Assembly: GCA_963665845.2 (NCBI GenBank)
Contig: OY762492.1
Span: 352,001-416,000, forward strand
From: Candidatus Poribacteria bacterium
GTDB lineage: Bacteria > Poribacteria > WGA-4E > GCA-2687025
Direction of reading: 5' to 3'
DNA: 64,000 bases
The notes under the pieces were generated by a model. It was given only the letters and a program-made list of their open reading frames with translations. It had not been told where the DNA came from and did no database searches. This document shows, piece after piece, positions 30,286 to 40,328 of the stretch (positions are counted from its first letter, which is position 1; every line of letters starts with the position of its first letter). A program made the translations under genes and the position numbers.

Positions 30286-30813
30286 ATGCGAACGTTACAT
30301 CACAACATACGCCCCATGATCGCCTTGACGGTTCTACTGTTTGGCATCGGAGCGGCGCAAGGCTGCCGCGGCGGCGCCCCCGCGCAGGAGGAGCTGAAGA
30401 CGCAGGCGGCTGCCGCTCTAGATTCTCTGGTTGCCGAATTGGCGTCGGAGCGGCCGATCGACGCTGCCGCATATACGGAGCGGTTGCAGGCATACTTGGA
30501 GGCGCATCCAGCGTTCTACGGCTGCGCCGCCGCGCTGCTGGACGCGACAGGCGCCGTTGTCGCAAGCCCCTACGTCTACCGCGACGACGACAGCTTCCAG
30601 ACGATCGATCTTGCCCAGCCTGAATACAACATTCAGGAGCAAAAGTGGTTCACGATGCCGTTGGCGGCGGACGCGGGCATCTGGACGCCCCCCTATTTTG
30701 ACGAGGGCGGCGGCGGTATCTGGATGATTACGCGCTCGGTCCTGGCGCGCGACGCTGAAGGCGTCTTCGCCGTCGTCACCACCGATCTGCCTGTAGACGC
30801 TCCCGATCGGTGA
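30286..30813 (+). CDS. Stand-alone Cache/PDC-domain lipoprotein
   Basis: Lipobox-like AAQGC; QKWF..P....GIWTPPYFDEGGG..WMIT.S...GVFAVVTTD Cache signature. Confidence 0.75.
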   Translation: MRTLHHNIRPMIALTVLLFGIGAAQGCRGGAPAQEELKTQAAAALDSLVAELASERPIDAAAYTERLQAYLEAHPAFYGCAAALLDATGAVVASPYVYRDDDSFQTIDLAQPEYNIQEQKWFTMPLAADAGIWTPPYFDEGGGGIWMITRSVLARDAEGVFAVVTTDLPVDAPDR

Positions 30814-30865
30814 AACTTCCGATGTTAAAAACAGAAAGAGGCGCGCCGCTTTTTGGAGGCATCAA

Positions 30866-32056
30866 ATGAGCAAGCTGAACATTGCGCTGATCGGAGCGGG
30901 GCGGCGCGGAGCCGGGGCGCATCTGCCCGTCATACCCTTCTTGTCGGACATGTACCGCCTCGCCGCCGTCTGCGACATTGACGAAGAGACGGCGCAGAAA
31001 TACGCCCGCCAATACGGCGTCAACGCCTACACCGACATTCGCCGAATGGTCGCCGAAGAGGAGCTGGATATGGCGGATGTGACGGTTCCAGCGCCGGCGC
31101 ATCATGCGGTGTGCGTCTATCTGGCGCGGCAGGGGGTTAATATCCTGTGCGAAACGCCGATAGCGGTCACCCTCGCGCAGGCGGACATGATGATTGAGGC
31201 GGCGCATGAAAACGGAGTCGTTCTAGAGATCGCCGAAAATTACTACCGCGCGCCGATGGAGCGGTTCAAAACGGAACTGATCAAGCGCGGCGCCATCGGA
31301 AATGTATCGCGCATCTACCGCGTTTTTCAAGAGGGCGGCTACCACGGGATGAGCATGCTGCGTCTGCGGGCGGGCGGCAACCCTGTCTCCGTCCTGGGCT
31401 TGACCCATGAAACGCCCGTGATCCCGCATATTGACAGAATGAAGCGCCGGCACACCTCGGAGCGTTGGTCGCTCAGCTACATCGATTTTGACAGCGGCGC
31501 GGCGGCGGTCATGATGTATTCGAACGTCATTCATGGACGGACGCTGGGGCGCAAGGTGAACTCAACCAGTCAGATCCATGGGGAAAGCGGCGCGATCGTG
31601 GAAAACGATGTTTATGCGGTTCCGGCGGTGGAGCTGGAATCGGGCGCCGTCGCCCGCGCCTACACGCCGCGCCGAGTGACGAAGCGCATCGATGGGGTGG
31701 ACGCGCTGCAGCGCATTGAGCTGGAGCTGCCGGACGAAACGGTCGTCTGGGAGAACCCGCTCGCGCATCTGCCAATCGTGGAGGGGCGGGTCAATGTGGC
31801 GGATGAGCTGCTGTCGGCGGCGATGGCGGTACAGTCGGGCGAGCCGCCGGAATACGGCGCCGAGGCAGGGCGTCTTGACCAAGAGATGAACATAGCGGTC
31901 AACGAGTCGGCGCGCCGAGGGCGCGAGTCGATCTCCTTCCCGTTGACCGAAGAAACCGACGGGGAACGCGCAGCGCATGCGAGCTATCAAGCGAATTACG
32001 GGGTCGAGTGGAACGACATTGACGGCCTTTTGGATGTGTATTTCCCCCGCCGTTGA
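30866..32056 (+). CDS. Gfo/Idh/MocA family oxidoreductase
   Basis: IGAGRRG, AVCD, LCETPIA, AENY. Confidence 0.88.
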   Translation: MSKLNIALIGAGRRGAGAHLPVIPFLSDMYRLAAVCDIDEETAQKYARQYGVNAYTDIRRMVAEEELDMADVTVPAPAHHAVCVYLARQGVNILCETPIAVTLAQADMMIEAAHENGVVLEIAENYYRAPMERFKTELIKRGAIGNVSRIYRVFQEGGYHGMSMLRLRAGGNPVSVLGLTHETPVIPHIDRMKRRHTSERWSLSYIDFDSGAAAVMMYSNVIHGRTLGRKVNSTSQIHGESGAIVENDVYAVPAVELESGAVARAYTPRRVTKRIDGVDALQRIELELPDETVVWENPLAHLPIVEGRVNVADELLSAAMAVQSGEPPEYGAEAGRLDQEMNIAVNESARRGRESISFPLTEETDGERAAHASYQANYGVEWNDIDGLLDVYFPRR

Positions 32057-32076
32057 CAAAAGAACCGCGATGATCA

Positions 32077-32492
32077 GCGGGAATCCAGAAGCGCAGGCGT
32101 ACCAAATCGTCATTCCCGCGCAAGCGGGAATCCAGAAGCGCAGGCGTACCAAATCGTCATTCCCGCGCAAGCGGGAATCTTAGGCGTCGCCGTTGCCGTC
32201 TGAACTAGGATTGCCAGGATTGAAAAGATTTACTTGAGGTTTGCGAAAGCCGATACGCCCCGCCCCCAGTTCGTCATTCCCGCGCAAGCGGGAATCCAGA
32301 GGCGGCGCAGAAACCGTCTGAACTAGGATTGCCAGGATTGAAAAGATTTACTTGAGGTTTGCGAAAGCCGATACGCCCCGCCCCCAGTTCGTCATTCCCG
32401 CCCCTGCGGTAAAACGCGCGGGAATCCAGAGGCGGCGCAGAAACCGTCCGCGTTCGCCAGACGGAATGTCCCAACTTTAAGGGCAAGGTCAG
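32077..32492. repeat. REP cluster with 47-bp and 118-bp period tandem duplications, ending in a family-A arm
   Basis: REPs at 32109, 32156, 32273, 32391; units 32077-32123/32124-32170 and units starting 32196/32314. Confidence 0.9.
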
Positions 32493-32579
32493 TATTTTGG
32501 CGCTACAAAACGCTCTCAAAATCGCCTACACTGAAGAAAGCAAGCGGCGCAGGCATGAAGGCGAGTTGGATACGATCCC

Positions 32580-34013
32580 ATGGCGCAAAACTTTCCCGAC
32601 AACGCGCTCTACCAGATGGACAACCTAGACGTCCTACGCGGCATGAACAGCGAAACGGTTGATCTGATCGCGACCGATCCGCCCTTCAACACGAAGCGCA
32701 ACCGCGCAGGTTCGGCGGGCTTCTATGTCGACAACTGGAAGTGGGGCAACACGGGAATCCTGCCCGACCAGTGGCGCTGGAACGAAGTCCACCCCAAGTG
32801 GCTGGAGGAGATCAAGGACGGGCATATGGAGCTGTACCACGCCATTGACGCGGCGAAACATTGTCAAGGCGAGGACACGACAGCCTTCCTCTGCTTTTTG
32901 AGCGTCCGGCTGCTTGAAATGCATCGCGTCCTGAAGCCGACAGGTTCGATTTATTTGCATTGCGACCCGACAGCGAGCCACTACATTAAAATGTGCATGG
33001 ACGCCATCTGGGGCAAGAAGAACTTTCGGAATGAAGTTGTGTGGCGCTATAAGTCTGGCGGCGCAACGACCAGATACTTCGCAAAAAAGCACGATGTTAT
33101 TTTGTTTTATAGTAAAAAGAGCAACTATAAATTTAATGCGATCAAGGAGAAAAGTTATCAAGGCGTCGGATATAACACAGGAAACAAAAATGTGCGTTTA
33201 TATGAAGATGAACACGCTAACACTCTGGGACCGCATACATTGGTGAATCTCAAAGACTGGTGGCAGATAAAAATGTTAGCGACATCCTCAAACGAACGGA
33301 CAGGTTCGCCTGACCAGAAACCGCTAGAGCTCTATGAGCGCATCGTCAAGGCGGCCTCCAACGAAGGCGATCTGGTCTTGGATCCGTTCTGCGGCTGCGC
33401 GACGACGATCATCGCCGCGAACAACCTGAACCGCCGCTGGGTCGGCATCGACCGCCGAGTGGACGCGCGGTACCATATCATTACGCGGTTGATGGGCGCC
33501 ACGCGCAAGGAGCGGCAGTACTTTGAGAAGTTTGCGACCGACAAAGAGTGGCTTGATCAACAGATGCGCCAGTTCGAGATGCATTACCAGACGGAGCCGC
33601 CGACCCGCGACGACGACGCGGCAGACGCCCCGCCCGAGCTGGAGCAGGTGTACCATGTCCGCCCGGAAAAGCTGCATACGCATGCGGAAATGCATGAGAT
33701 TCTTGTGAACCAGTTTGGGCTGAAATGCTGGGGATGCAACTTTGAGCCGCCCGATAAACGTTATCTGCATCTAGACCATATCATTCCGAAGAGCGACGGC
33801 GGAACGAATCATATCGACAACCGCGCCCTGCTGTGCCAGCCGTGCAACAGCAAGAAATCGAACGCGATGAGTTTGAGCGCGCTTCGCAGAGCGAATAAGC
33901 GGGAAGGGTATATGCAGGACGGCGATCCCGTCAATCTCATGTCGGCGCTTTACTGGACGAGAGAGCGGCTGATCGAGAAGGTGCGGGAGACGCCGAGACA
34001 ATACAGCTATTGA
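32580..34013 (+). CDS. Amino-DNA methyltransferase (beta order) fused to a C-terminal HNH endonuclease
   Basis: Motif IV DPPF precedes motif I VLDPFCGCATT; C-terminal CWGC...HLDHIIPKSDGGTN..DN..LLCQPCNSKK. Confidence 0.88.
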   Translation: MAQNFPDNALYQMDNLDVLRGMNSETVDLIATDPPFNTKRNRAGSAGFYVDNWKWGNTGILPDQWRWNEVHPKWLEEIKDGHMELYHAIDAAKHCQGEDTTAFLCFLSVRLLEMHRVLKPTGSIYLHCDPTASHYIKMCMDAIWGKKNFRNEVVWRYKSGGATTRYFAKKHDVILFYSKKSNYKFNAIKEKSYQGVGYNTGNKNVRLYEDEHANTLGPHTLVNLKDWWQIKMLATSSNERTGSPDQKPLELYERIVKAASNEGDLVLDPFCGCATTIIAANNLNRRWVGIDRRVDARYHIITRLMGATRKERQYFEKFATDKEWLDQQMRQFEMHYQTEPPTRDDDAADAPPELEQVYHVRPEKLHTHAEMHEILVNQFGLKCWGCNFEPPDKRYLHLDHIIPKSDGGTNHIDNRALLCQPCNSKKSNAMSLSALRRANKREGYMQDGDPVNLMSALYWTRERLIEKVRETPRQYSY

Positions 34014-34045
34014 ATAAGTCTGGCGGCTGAAGCGCACCATCCATG

Positions 34046-34126
34046 ACTCCCCCTTGAAAAGGGGGGCTGGGGGGTTTTAGCGGCGCGCGGCGGCGATGGC
34101 TTAAGATTCCCGCTTGCGCGGGAATG
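34046..34126 (+). repeat. Composite repeat: CCCCCTTGAAAAGGGGG hairpin plus REP
   Basis: Homologous to the reverse complement of 55272-55357. Confidence 0.75.
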
Positions 34127-34292
34127 CATGTCCTCGCGGAAGCGGGGAACGATCTGGTTGGGGCGCTTCCGTTAAGTTTGACCTTCGGGCATCGCTCTGA
34201 CATACTTATTAGACGGCAAATTATGTTGAAAACGTCCGGCGTATCGGTCGGCTAACGATGATTTTATGTCGTCTTTTTTGAAGGAGTTTCGA

Positions 34293-35306
34293 ATGCCTGT
34301 GCGTATCGGCATCAACGGGTTTGGGCGCATCGGCCGAAATTCGTTTCGGTCTATGTTGAACAAACATGCGGACAATATCGAGATCGCGGCGGTGAACGAT
34401 CTGACGCCGTCCAGCGTCAGCGCCCATCTGCTGCGTTACGATTCAAACTACGGCCCCTTCCAAGGAACCGTAGAAGAGGGGGAGAACGCGCTCGTCGTCA
34501 ACGGAAAAACGGTGCATTGCTTCGCTGAAGCTGACCCAGCGAAGATACCTTGGGACGACGCCGGCGTTGAAATCGTCGTGGAATCGACCGGCTTTTTCAC
34601 GGACGCCGAAAAAGCCGCCGGACATCTCGGCGGAAGCGTCCAAAAAACGATCATCAGCGCCCCCGCCTCCAACGAAGACCTGACCGTCGTCATCGGCGTC
34701 AACGAGGATGCTTACGACCCCGATCAGCACCATGTCGTCTCCAACGCTTCCTGCACAACAAACTGTCTCGCCCCCGTCGGCAAGGTTCTGCTCGATTCGT
34801 TCGGCATTGAAAAAGGTTTTATGACGACCGTTCACGCCTACACTGGCGACCAGAAGCTGCAGGACATTGGGCATAAAGACCTGCGACGCGCGCGCGCCGC
34901 CGCCGCCAACATCATCCCGACAACGACCGGCGCGGCAAAAGCGATCAGCCTTGTCATTCCAGAGCTGGAAGGCAAGATGCATGGGCTTTCGATGCGCGTT
35001 CCGACCTCGACCGTATCCATCGTCGACCTTGTCGTCGAAACCAGCAGGGATACGACGGAAGACGAGGTGAACGAGGCGCTCAAGGCGGCAGCCGAAGGGC
35101 GCATGGCGGGCGTGTTGGACGTATGCGGCGAAAAGCTGGTCTCCGCCGACTTCAAAGGCAGCGAGTTCTCCTCGATAGTGGACGCGCTTTCGACGCTGGT
35201 TCTGCAGGGCAACCTTGTCAAGATTCTTTCCTGGTACGACAACGAATGGGGCTATTCAACGCGCGTCGGCGATCTGGTTCATTACATTGCGCAGAAGGGT
35301 CTGTAA
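34293..35306 (+). CDS. gap: Type I glyceraldehyde-3-phosphate dehydrogenase
   Basis: GINGFGRIGR, SNASCTTNCL, WYDNEWGY. Confidence 0.97.
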   Translation: MPVRIGINGFGRIGRNSFRSMLNKHADNIEIAAVNDLTPSSVSAHLLRYDSNYGPFQGTVEEGENALVVNGKTVHCFAEADPAKIPWDDAGVEIVVESTGFFTDAEKAAGHLGGSVQKTIISAPASNEDLTVVIGVNEDAYDPDQHHVVSNASCTTNCLAPVGKVLLDSFGIEKGFMTTVHAYTGDQKLQDIGHKDLRRARAAAANIIPTTTGAAKAISLVIPELEGKMHGLSMRVPTSTVSIVDLVVETSRDTTEDEVNEALKAAAEGRMAGVLDVCGEKLVSADFKGSEFSSIVDALSTLVLQGNLVKILSWYDNEWGYSTRVGDLVHYIAQKGL

Positions 35307-35310
35307 CGGC

Positions 35311-36501
35311 GTGGCGCGCAAATGGAATGTTCATGATCTGAACGCGGCGGGCAAGACGGTTTTGGCGCGCGTCGATTTCAATGCGCCGTTGAACGGCGGC
35401 AAGGTTGTTGACGATACGCGCATCCGCGCCGCTCTTCCGACGATCCGCGCGCTTCAAAAACAGGGCGCGAAGATCGTTCTCGCGTCGCATCTCGGACGCC
35501 CAAAGGGGCGGCGGAATCTGGAGTATACGCTGGCGCCGATTGCGGAGCGTTTGAGCGCTCTTCTGGGTGAAACGGCGCGCTTCGTTCCCGACTGCGTCGG
35601 TCCGAGCGTCTCCGAGGCGGTGGAGCGGCTTGAACCGGGCGGCGTTTTATTGCTTGAAAACGTGCGCTTTTACCCGGGCGAGGAGGCGAACGATCCCGAA
35701 TTTGCCCGTCAGCTGGCGTCATACGCCGATCTGTATGTCAACGACGCCTTCGGAGCCGCGCACCGCGCGCATGCCTCCACGGTCGGCGCCGCGCAGATAC
35801 TGCGCCCCGCGGCGGTGGGCTTGCTCATGGAGCGGGAGCTGACCTATCTGAGCAGGGCGTTTGACCATCCGCCCCGTCCGTTTTACGCCGTTCTCGGCGG
35901 CGCGAAAGTGTCGGACAAGATCGGGGTTCTGCGCGCTCTCATGGACTCCGCCGACGCGATCCTGATCGGAGGCGCTATGGCGTACACCTTCCTTGTGGCG
36001 CTTGGACGGCAGGTCGGCAATTCGCTTGTTGAACCGAACAAGATCGAGACGGCGCGCGAGCTGATTGTGCAGTCGATGGTGAAACGCGCGCCGCTGTATC
36101 TCCCGATTGACCATATCATTGCGAAGGAGCTGTCGCCGGACGCCGAGGCGGCCGCCGCCTGGCGCGACACGATCCCTGAAGACTGCGAGGCGCTGGACAT
36201 CGGACCCGCGACCCTTGAAATGTACGCGCTCATCCTTCAGCGGGCGAAGACGATTGTATGGAACGGCCCGCTCGGCGTATACGAGATGGACGCCTTTGCG
36301 GGGGGAACGCTCGGCATGGCGCGCGCGCTGGCGGGAATGGACGCCGAAACGATCATCGGCGGAGGCGACTGCGCGGCGGCGGTTGAAAAAGCGGGCGTCG
36401 CCGACCGCATGACGCATGTCAGCACAGGCGGGGGCGCCGCGCTTGAATTTTTAGAAGGCCGCGAGCTGCCGGGCGTTGCGGCGTTGACCGATAAAATGTA
36501 A
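35311..36501 (+). CDS. pgk: Phosphoglycerate kinase
   Basis: RVDFN, SHLGRP, LLENVRF, GGAKVSDK, STGGGA; GTG start inferred. Confidence 0.96.
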   Translation: MARKWNVHDLNAAGKTVLARVDFNAPLNGGKVVDDTRIRAALPTIRALQKQGAKIVLASHLGRPKGRRNLEYTLAPIAERLSALLGETARFVPDCVGPSVSEAVERLEPGGVLLLENVRFYPGEEANDPEFARQLASYADLYVNDAFGAAHRAHASTVGAAQILRPAAVGLLMERELTYLSRAFDHPPRPFYAVLGGAKVSDKIGVLRALMDSADAILIGGAMAYTFLVALGRQVGNSLVEPNKIETARELIVQSMVKRAPLYLPIDHIIAKELSPDAEAAAAWRDTIPEDCEALDIGPATLEMYALILQRAKTIVWNGPLGVYEMDAFAGGTLGMARALAGMDAETIIGGGDCAAAVEKAGVADRMTHVSTGGGAALEFLEGRELPGVAALTDKM

Positions 36502-36517
36502 TATAGAAAAGAGAACG

Positions 36518-37285
36518 ATGCGAAGACCGATCATAGCCGGCAACTGGAAGATGAACATGACGCCCTCCGAGTCGGCTGCGTTTATAGAGGCGTTGTCGCC
36601 GTTGATTGCGGAAGCGGGAGACGCGGAGATTGTGGTCGCGCCGCCGTTTCCTGCGCTGTACGCGGTCGCGCTGTTGACAAAGGGCGGGGCGGTCAGCCGT
36701 CCCATACGGCTCGCCGCGCAGAACCTGCACTGGGAAGAGAAGGGCGCCTACACCGGCGAGGTTTCCGCCGAGATGCTTGCCGACATCGGCTGCGATTACG
36801 CGATTGTGGCGCACTCGGAACGGCGGCAGTACTTCGGCGAAACGAACGAAACGGCGGCGCTCAAAATCAAGGCGGCGTTGAAATGCGGAATCGCGCCGAT
36901 TTACTGTATCGGCGAGACGCTGGAAGAGCGCGAAGCGGGACAGGTTGAGGCGGTCTTGAAGGCGCAGTTGCGCGGCGGACTGGACGGCTTAACAGCGGAG
37001 CAGGCGCGATCCGCGACGGTCGCTTATGAGCCTGTCTGGGCGATCGGAACGGGAAAGACGGCGTCAGAGGAGCAGGCGCAGGAGGCGCACGCCCTCATAC
37101 GCGCGGAGCTTGCGGAGATGTTTGACGATAAAACTGCGCAGACGATACGTATACAGTACGGCGGCAGCATGAAGCCGGAGAACGCAGGCGGACTGCTGGC
37201 GCAGCCGGATATTGACGGCGGGTTGATCGGCGGCGCCAGCTTGGACGCCGACTCGTTCGCCCGCATTGTGATGGCAGCAAAGTGA
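36518..37285 (+). CDS. tpiA: Triose-phosphate isomerase
   Basis: AGNWKMN, HSERR, AYEPVWAIGTG, YGGS. Confidence 0.97.
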   Translation: MRRPIIAGNWKMNMTPSESAAFIEALSPLIAEAGDAEIVVAPPFPALYAVALLTKGGAVSRPIRLAAQNLHWEEKGAYTGEVSAEMLADIGCDYAIVAHSERRQYFGETNETAALKIKAALKCGIAPIYCIGETLEEREAGQVEAVLKAQLRGGLDGLTAEQARSATVAYEPVWAIGTGKTASEEQAQEAHALIRAELAEMFDDKTAQTIRIQYGGSMKPENAGGLLAQPDIDGGLIGGASLDADSFARIVMAAK

Positions 37286-37311
37286 TGGCAGCAAACCGTT
37301 TGGAATAACGA

Positions 37312-37770
37312 ATGCCGATTTTAGAAGGAACCTTGACCGTCCTATTTGTGATCGTTTGCGTCATGATGATTCTTGCGATCCTGATTCAGCCGGGGAAAGG
37401 CGAAGGACTCGGAGCTATCGCCGGCATGTCGACTCAGACCTTTGGAGGGGCGGGTCCGACCTCGTTTCTGTCCAAGTTGACGGCGGGCATCGCTGTCGCC
37501 TATATGGTCATTGTGATTGCTCTCGGCAGGGTGACCGGCGGGGGAGCCGACATCACGCCGGCGACTGAAGAGCCGGAGATTCAAGCTGTCGAAACGGAGA
37601 ACGGAGAAACGGAAGCGACTGAAGACGCGGAAGAGAACGGCGAGACGGAAACGGAAGAAGGCGCTGATACGGACGATTCAAGCGACACGGAAAACGGAGA
37701 AACGGACGACGCGCAGCCCGCAGAATCGACCGAAACGGACGGCGCCGACGGCGCAGAAACAGATGAGTAA
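37312..37770 (+). CDS. secG: Preprotein translocase SecG with long acidic tail
   Basis: Two TMs, ILIQPGKGEGLG..FGG..FLSKLT; position after tpiA. Confidence 0.88.
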   Translation: MPILEGTLTVLFVIVCVMMILAILIQPGKGEGLGAIAGMSTQTFGGAGPTSFLSKLTAGIAVAYMVIVIALGRVTGGGADITPATEEPEIQAVETENGETEATEDAEENGETETEEGADTDDSSDTENGETDDAQPAESTETDGADGAETDE

Positions 37771-38200
37771 CGTTCAGAAGGCGGCGCATGAATGGACGGC
37801 GCTGCCGGCGGCGGACCGTAAAGCGGTTTCCGCGGCGGTGGCGGCGGGCGCGGTAGGGATTTCATGCGCGGTCGGCGCGTTCTACGGGGCGTTTTTCGGT
37901 TTTTTATCGGCGGCGCTGCTCTTTGGCGGGACGGCGTCCCACTGGGTTCCGCGCCGTTATTCGGCGTTTCAAGATCGGCTGGAGGTGCGGTATCCGTTTT
38001 GGCCGCGCCCCGCCTCTTACGGCTGGAGTCAGTTTCGCGGTTGTCTGCGGGCGGGAGAATCGTTTTTGTTGAGTCGCCAGCCGGCCGACGCGGCGTTGGC
38101 GCGCCTTCGAGGCTTGCGCGTCGTCCTACCAAAAAACAGCGACTCTGAGGCGGAATGGATGCGCAGGCGCATTGAAAGCGCAGACGATAACCCAGCATGA
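37763..38200 (+). CDS. Small hypothetical membrane protein
   Basis: Overlaps secG stop; two hydrophobic segments. Confidence 0.65.
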   Translation: MSNVQKAAHEWTALPAADRKAVSAAVAAGAVGISCAVGAFYGAFFGFLSAALLFGGTASHWVPRRYSAFQDRLEVRYPFWPRPASYGWSQFRGCLRAGESFLLSRQPADAALARLRGLRVVLPKNSDSEAEWMRRRIESADDNPA

Positions 38201-38559
38201 ACGACCCGAAGCCGATCTACGCAAACGAGATACCGACCGAACGGCGCGAACGGCTGTTGAACGGCGCCGCGCGCGGGATTGTGAACCGCCGGCTTGCAGG
38301 CGCGGCGCTGGTCGTCCTGGAAACGTGCAAGCCGCTCAACTTTGTCGGCTCTCAATTCATGCTGGCGCTGCATCCGCTTGTCTCCATTTTTTTTAAATAC
38401 AGAGCGGACGACTACCGCAACATGGCGCTGATACTGGAATCGGACGCGCATTTTGAGGAGCTGATCGACCGCATTGAAACGCTGGAGCAAAGGCGCCGAA
38501 ACGGAAAGCCTCAAGAAAAACCGCAAGAGAAAAACGAAGAGGAAACGCATGGCGGATAA
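38197..38559 (+). CDS. Hypothetical protein
   Basis: ATGA coupling to upstream gene, overlaps downstream start; LETCKPLNFVGSQ core. Confidence 0.7.
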   Translation: MNDPKPIYANEIPTERRERLLNGAARGIVNRRLAGAALVVLETCKPLNFVGSQFMLALHPLVSIFFKYRADDYRNMALILESDAHFEELIDRIETLEQRRRNGKPQEKPQEKNEEETHGG

Positions 38560-40321
38560 CAGGCTCCGCTCCATTTTAGCGACCGACTGCGGCAGCACGA
38601 CGACGAAGGCGATTCTGATCGAATATGTCGAGGAGGGGGAGGGCGGATCGTATCGGCTCATTGCGCGCGGCGAGTCGCCCACAACGGTGGAGGCGCCGGT
38701 TGAGGATGTGACGGTCGGCGCGCTGAACGCCGTCACCGAAACGCAGGAGATCGCCGGGCGTACCTTGACGCGCGATGGACGCATTTTGAAATCGAACGGC
38801 GGCGGCGAGGGCGTTGACATCTACATCTCAACAAGCAGCGCGGGGGGCGGCTTGCAGATGATGGTCGCCGGCGTCGTCCGCGCCATGACCGCTGAAAGCG
38901 CCGAACGGGCGGCGCTCGGCGCCGGGGCGATCGTCATGGACGTTGTCGCCTCAAACGACCGCCGACTTCCCCATGAAAAAATCGAACAGATTCGCCGTTT
39001 GAGACCTGACATGATCCTGCTTTCCGGCGGCGTTGACGGAGGGACGATCTCCCATGTCGCCGAACTGGCGGAGCTGATTGCGGCGGCGAACCCGACCGCG
39101 CGCCTCGGCGCCGGGTACGATCTCCCGATCATCTACGCCGGGAACGTGGACGCGCGGGAACTGGTGACGGAGCGGCTCGGAAAGCGCATGTCCCTGGAGA
39201 TTGTGGACAATCTGCGCCCCGTCCTTGAAAAAGAGAATCTGCTGCCCGCCCGTAAAATGATACAGTCCAAATTCTTAGAGCATGTCATGGCGCATGCCCC
39301 CGGCTACAAAAACTTGATGGAATGGACAGACGCGGACATCATGCCGACGCCGGGCGCGGTCGGTTATATGATGCAGACCATCGCGGAGGGGCGCGGCGTC
39401 AACATTTTAGGCGTCGACATCGGCGGCGCCACAACCGATGTGTTCTCCGTCTTCGACGGCGTCTTCAACCGAACCGTCAGCGCGAACCTCGGCATGAGCT
39501 ACAGCGTCTCCAACGTTCTGGCTGAAGCGGGCATTGACGACACGCTGCGCTGGATACCTTTTGAGGTGGACAAACGCGCGCTCCATAACAGCGTCAAAAA
39601 CAAAATGGTGCGCCCGACCACGATCCCGCAAACCGTCGACGACCTTGTCATAGAGCAGGCGATCGCCCGCGAAGCGCTGCGCCTCGCGTTTGAACAGCAT
39701 AAACTGTTGGCGACAGGGCTGCGCGGCGTTCAGCAGCAGCGCACCATCAGCGAAGCGTTCACGCAGACGGCGGCAGGCGAAACGCTGGTCGATATGGAAG
39801 CGCTGGATCTGATTGTCGGGAGCGGGGGCGTGTTGTCGCATGCGCCGAGACGGATTCAGTCCGCGGCGATGATGATCGATGCGTTTCAGCCGGTCGGAAT
39901 GACGCAGCTCGCCGTCGATTCGATCTTCATGATGCCGCAGCTGGGCGTACTTGCGCAGGTGGACGCGAAGGCGGCGATGGATGTGTTTGAACGCGACTGC
40001 CTCATCCCGCTCGGAACGGTCATCGCGCCGAACGGGGCGGCGGACGCGCGCTCCTCGCTCCATGTCAGCGGAACCTTCCCAGACGGCTCCCCCCTGGACG
40101 AGACGCTTCCGTCCTGCGCGATACGGCAATGGACGCTGGAGGCGGGCAGCAGCATGGAGGTGCGGTGCGTACCCAGCGGGTCGTTCAGCTTCGGCGAAGG
40201 GCGCGAGCGCGCCGCAACCTTTGAGGCGACGGGCGGCGCGGCGGGGCTGATTGTGGACGCGCGCGGACGACCCATGCGAGGCGTCCCCGGACAACTGAAC
40301 CTTTACCCGAACCGAAAGTGA
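38549..40321 (+). CDS. GlmL/MutL-type (glutamate mutase accessory) ASKHA ATPase
   Basis: TDCGSTTTKA, SSAGGGL, LLSGGVDGG, MPTPGAV, VDIGGATTDVFS, RTVSANLGMSYS. Confidence 0.82.
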   Translation: MADNRLRSILATDCGSTTTKAILIEYVEEGEGGSYRLIARGESPTTVEAPVEDVTVGALNAVTETQEIAGRTLTRDGRILKSNGGGEGVDIYISTSSAGGGLQMMVAGVVRAMTAESAERAALGAGAIVMDVVASNDRRLPHEKIEQIRRLRPDMILLSGGVDGGTISHVAELAELIAAANPTARLGAGYDLPIIYAGNVDARELVTERLGKRMSLEIVDNLRPVLEKENLLPARKMIQSKFLEHVMAHAPGYKNLMEWTDADIMPTPGAVGYMMQTIAEGRGVNILGVDIGGATTDVFSVFDGVFNRTVSANLGMSYSVSNVLAEAGIDDTLRWIPFEVDKRALHNSVKNKMVRPTTIPQTVDDLVIEQAIAREALRLAFEQHKLLATGLRGVQQQRTISEAFTQTAAGETLVDMEALDLIVGSGGVLSHAPRRIQSAAMMIDAFQPVGMTQLAVDSIFMMPQLGVLAQVDAKAAMDVFERDCLIPLGTVIAPNGAADARSSLHVSGTFPDGSPLDETLPSCAIRQWTLEAGSSMEVRCVPSGSFSFGEGRERAATFEATGGAAGLIVDARGRPMRGVPGQLNLYPNRK

Positions 40322-40328
40322 GCTGACG

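Noticed and set aside
32077-32430. CRISPR array
   Set aside because: Spacers are duplicated rather than unique, the period is irregular (47 and 118 bp), the repeat is a dispersed REP and no cas genes are present
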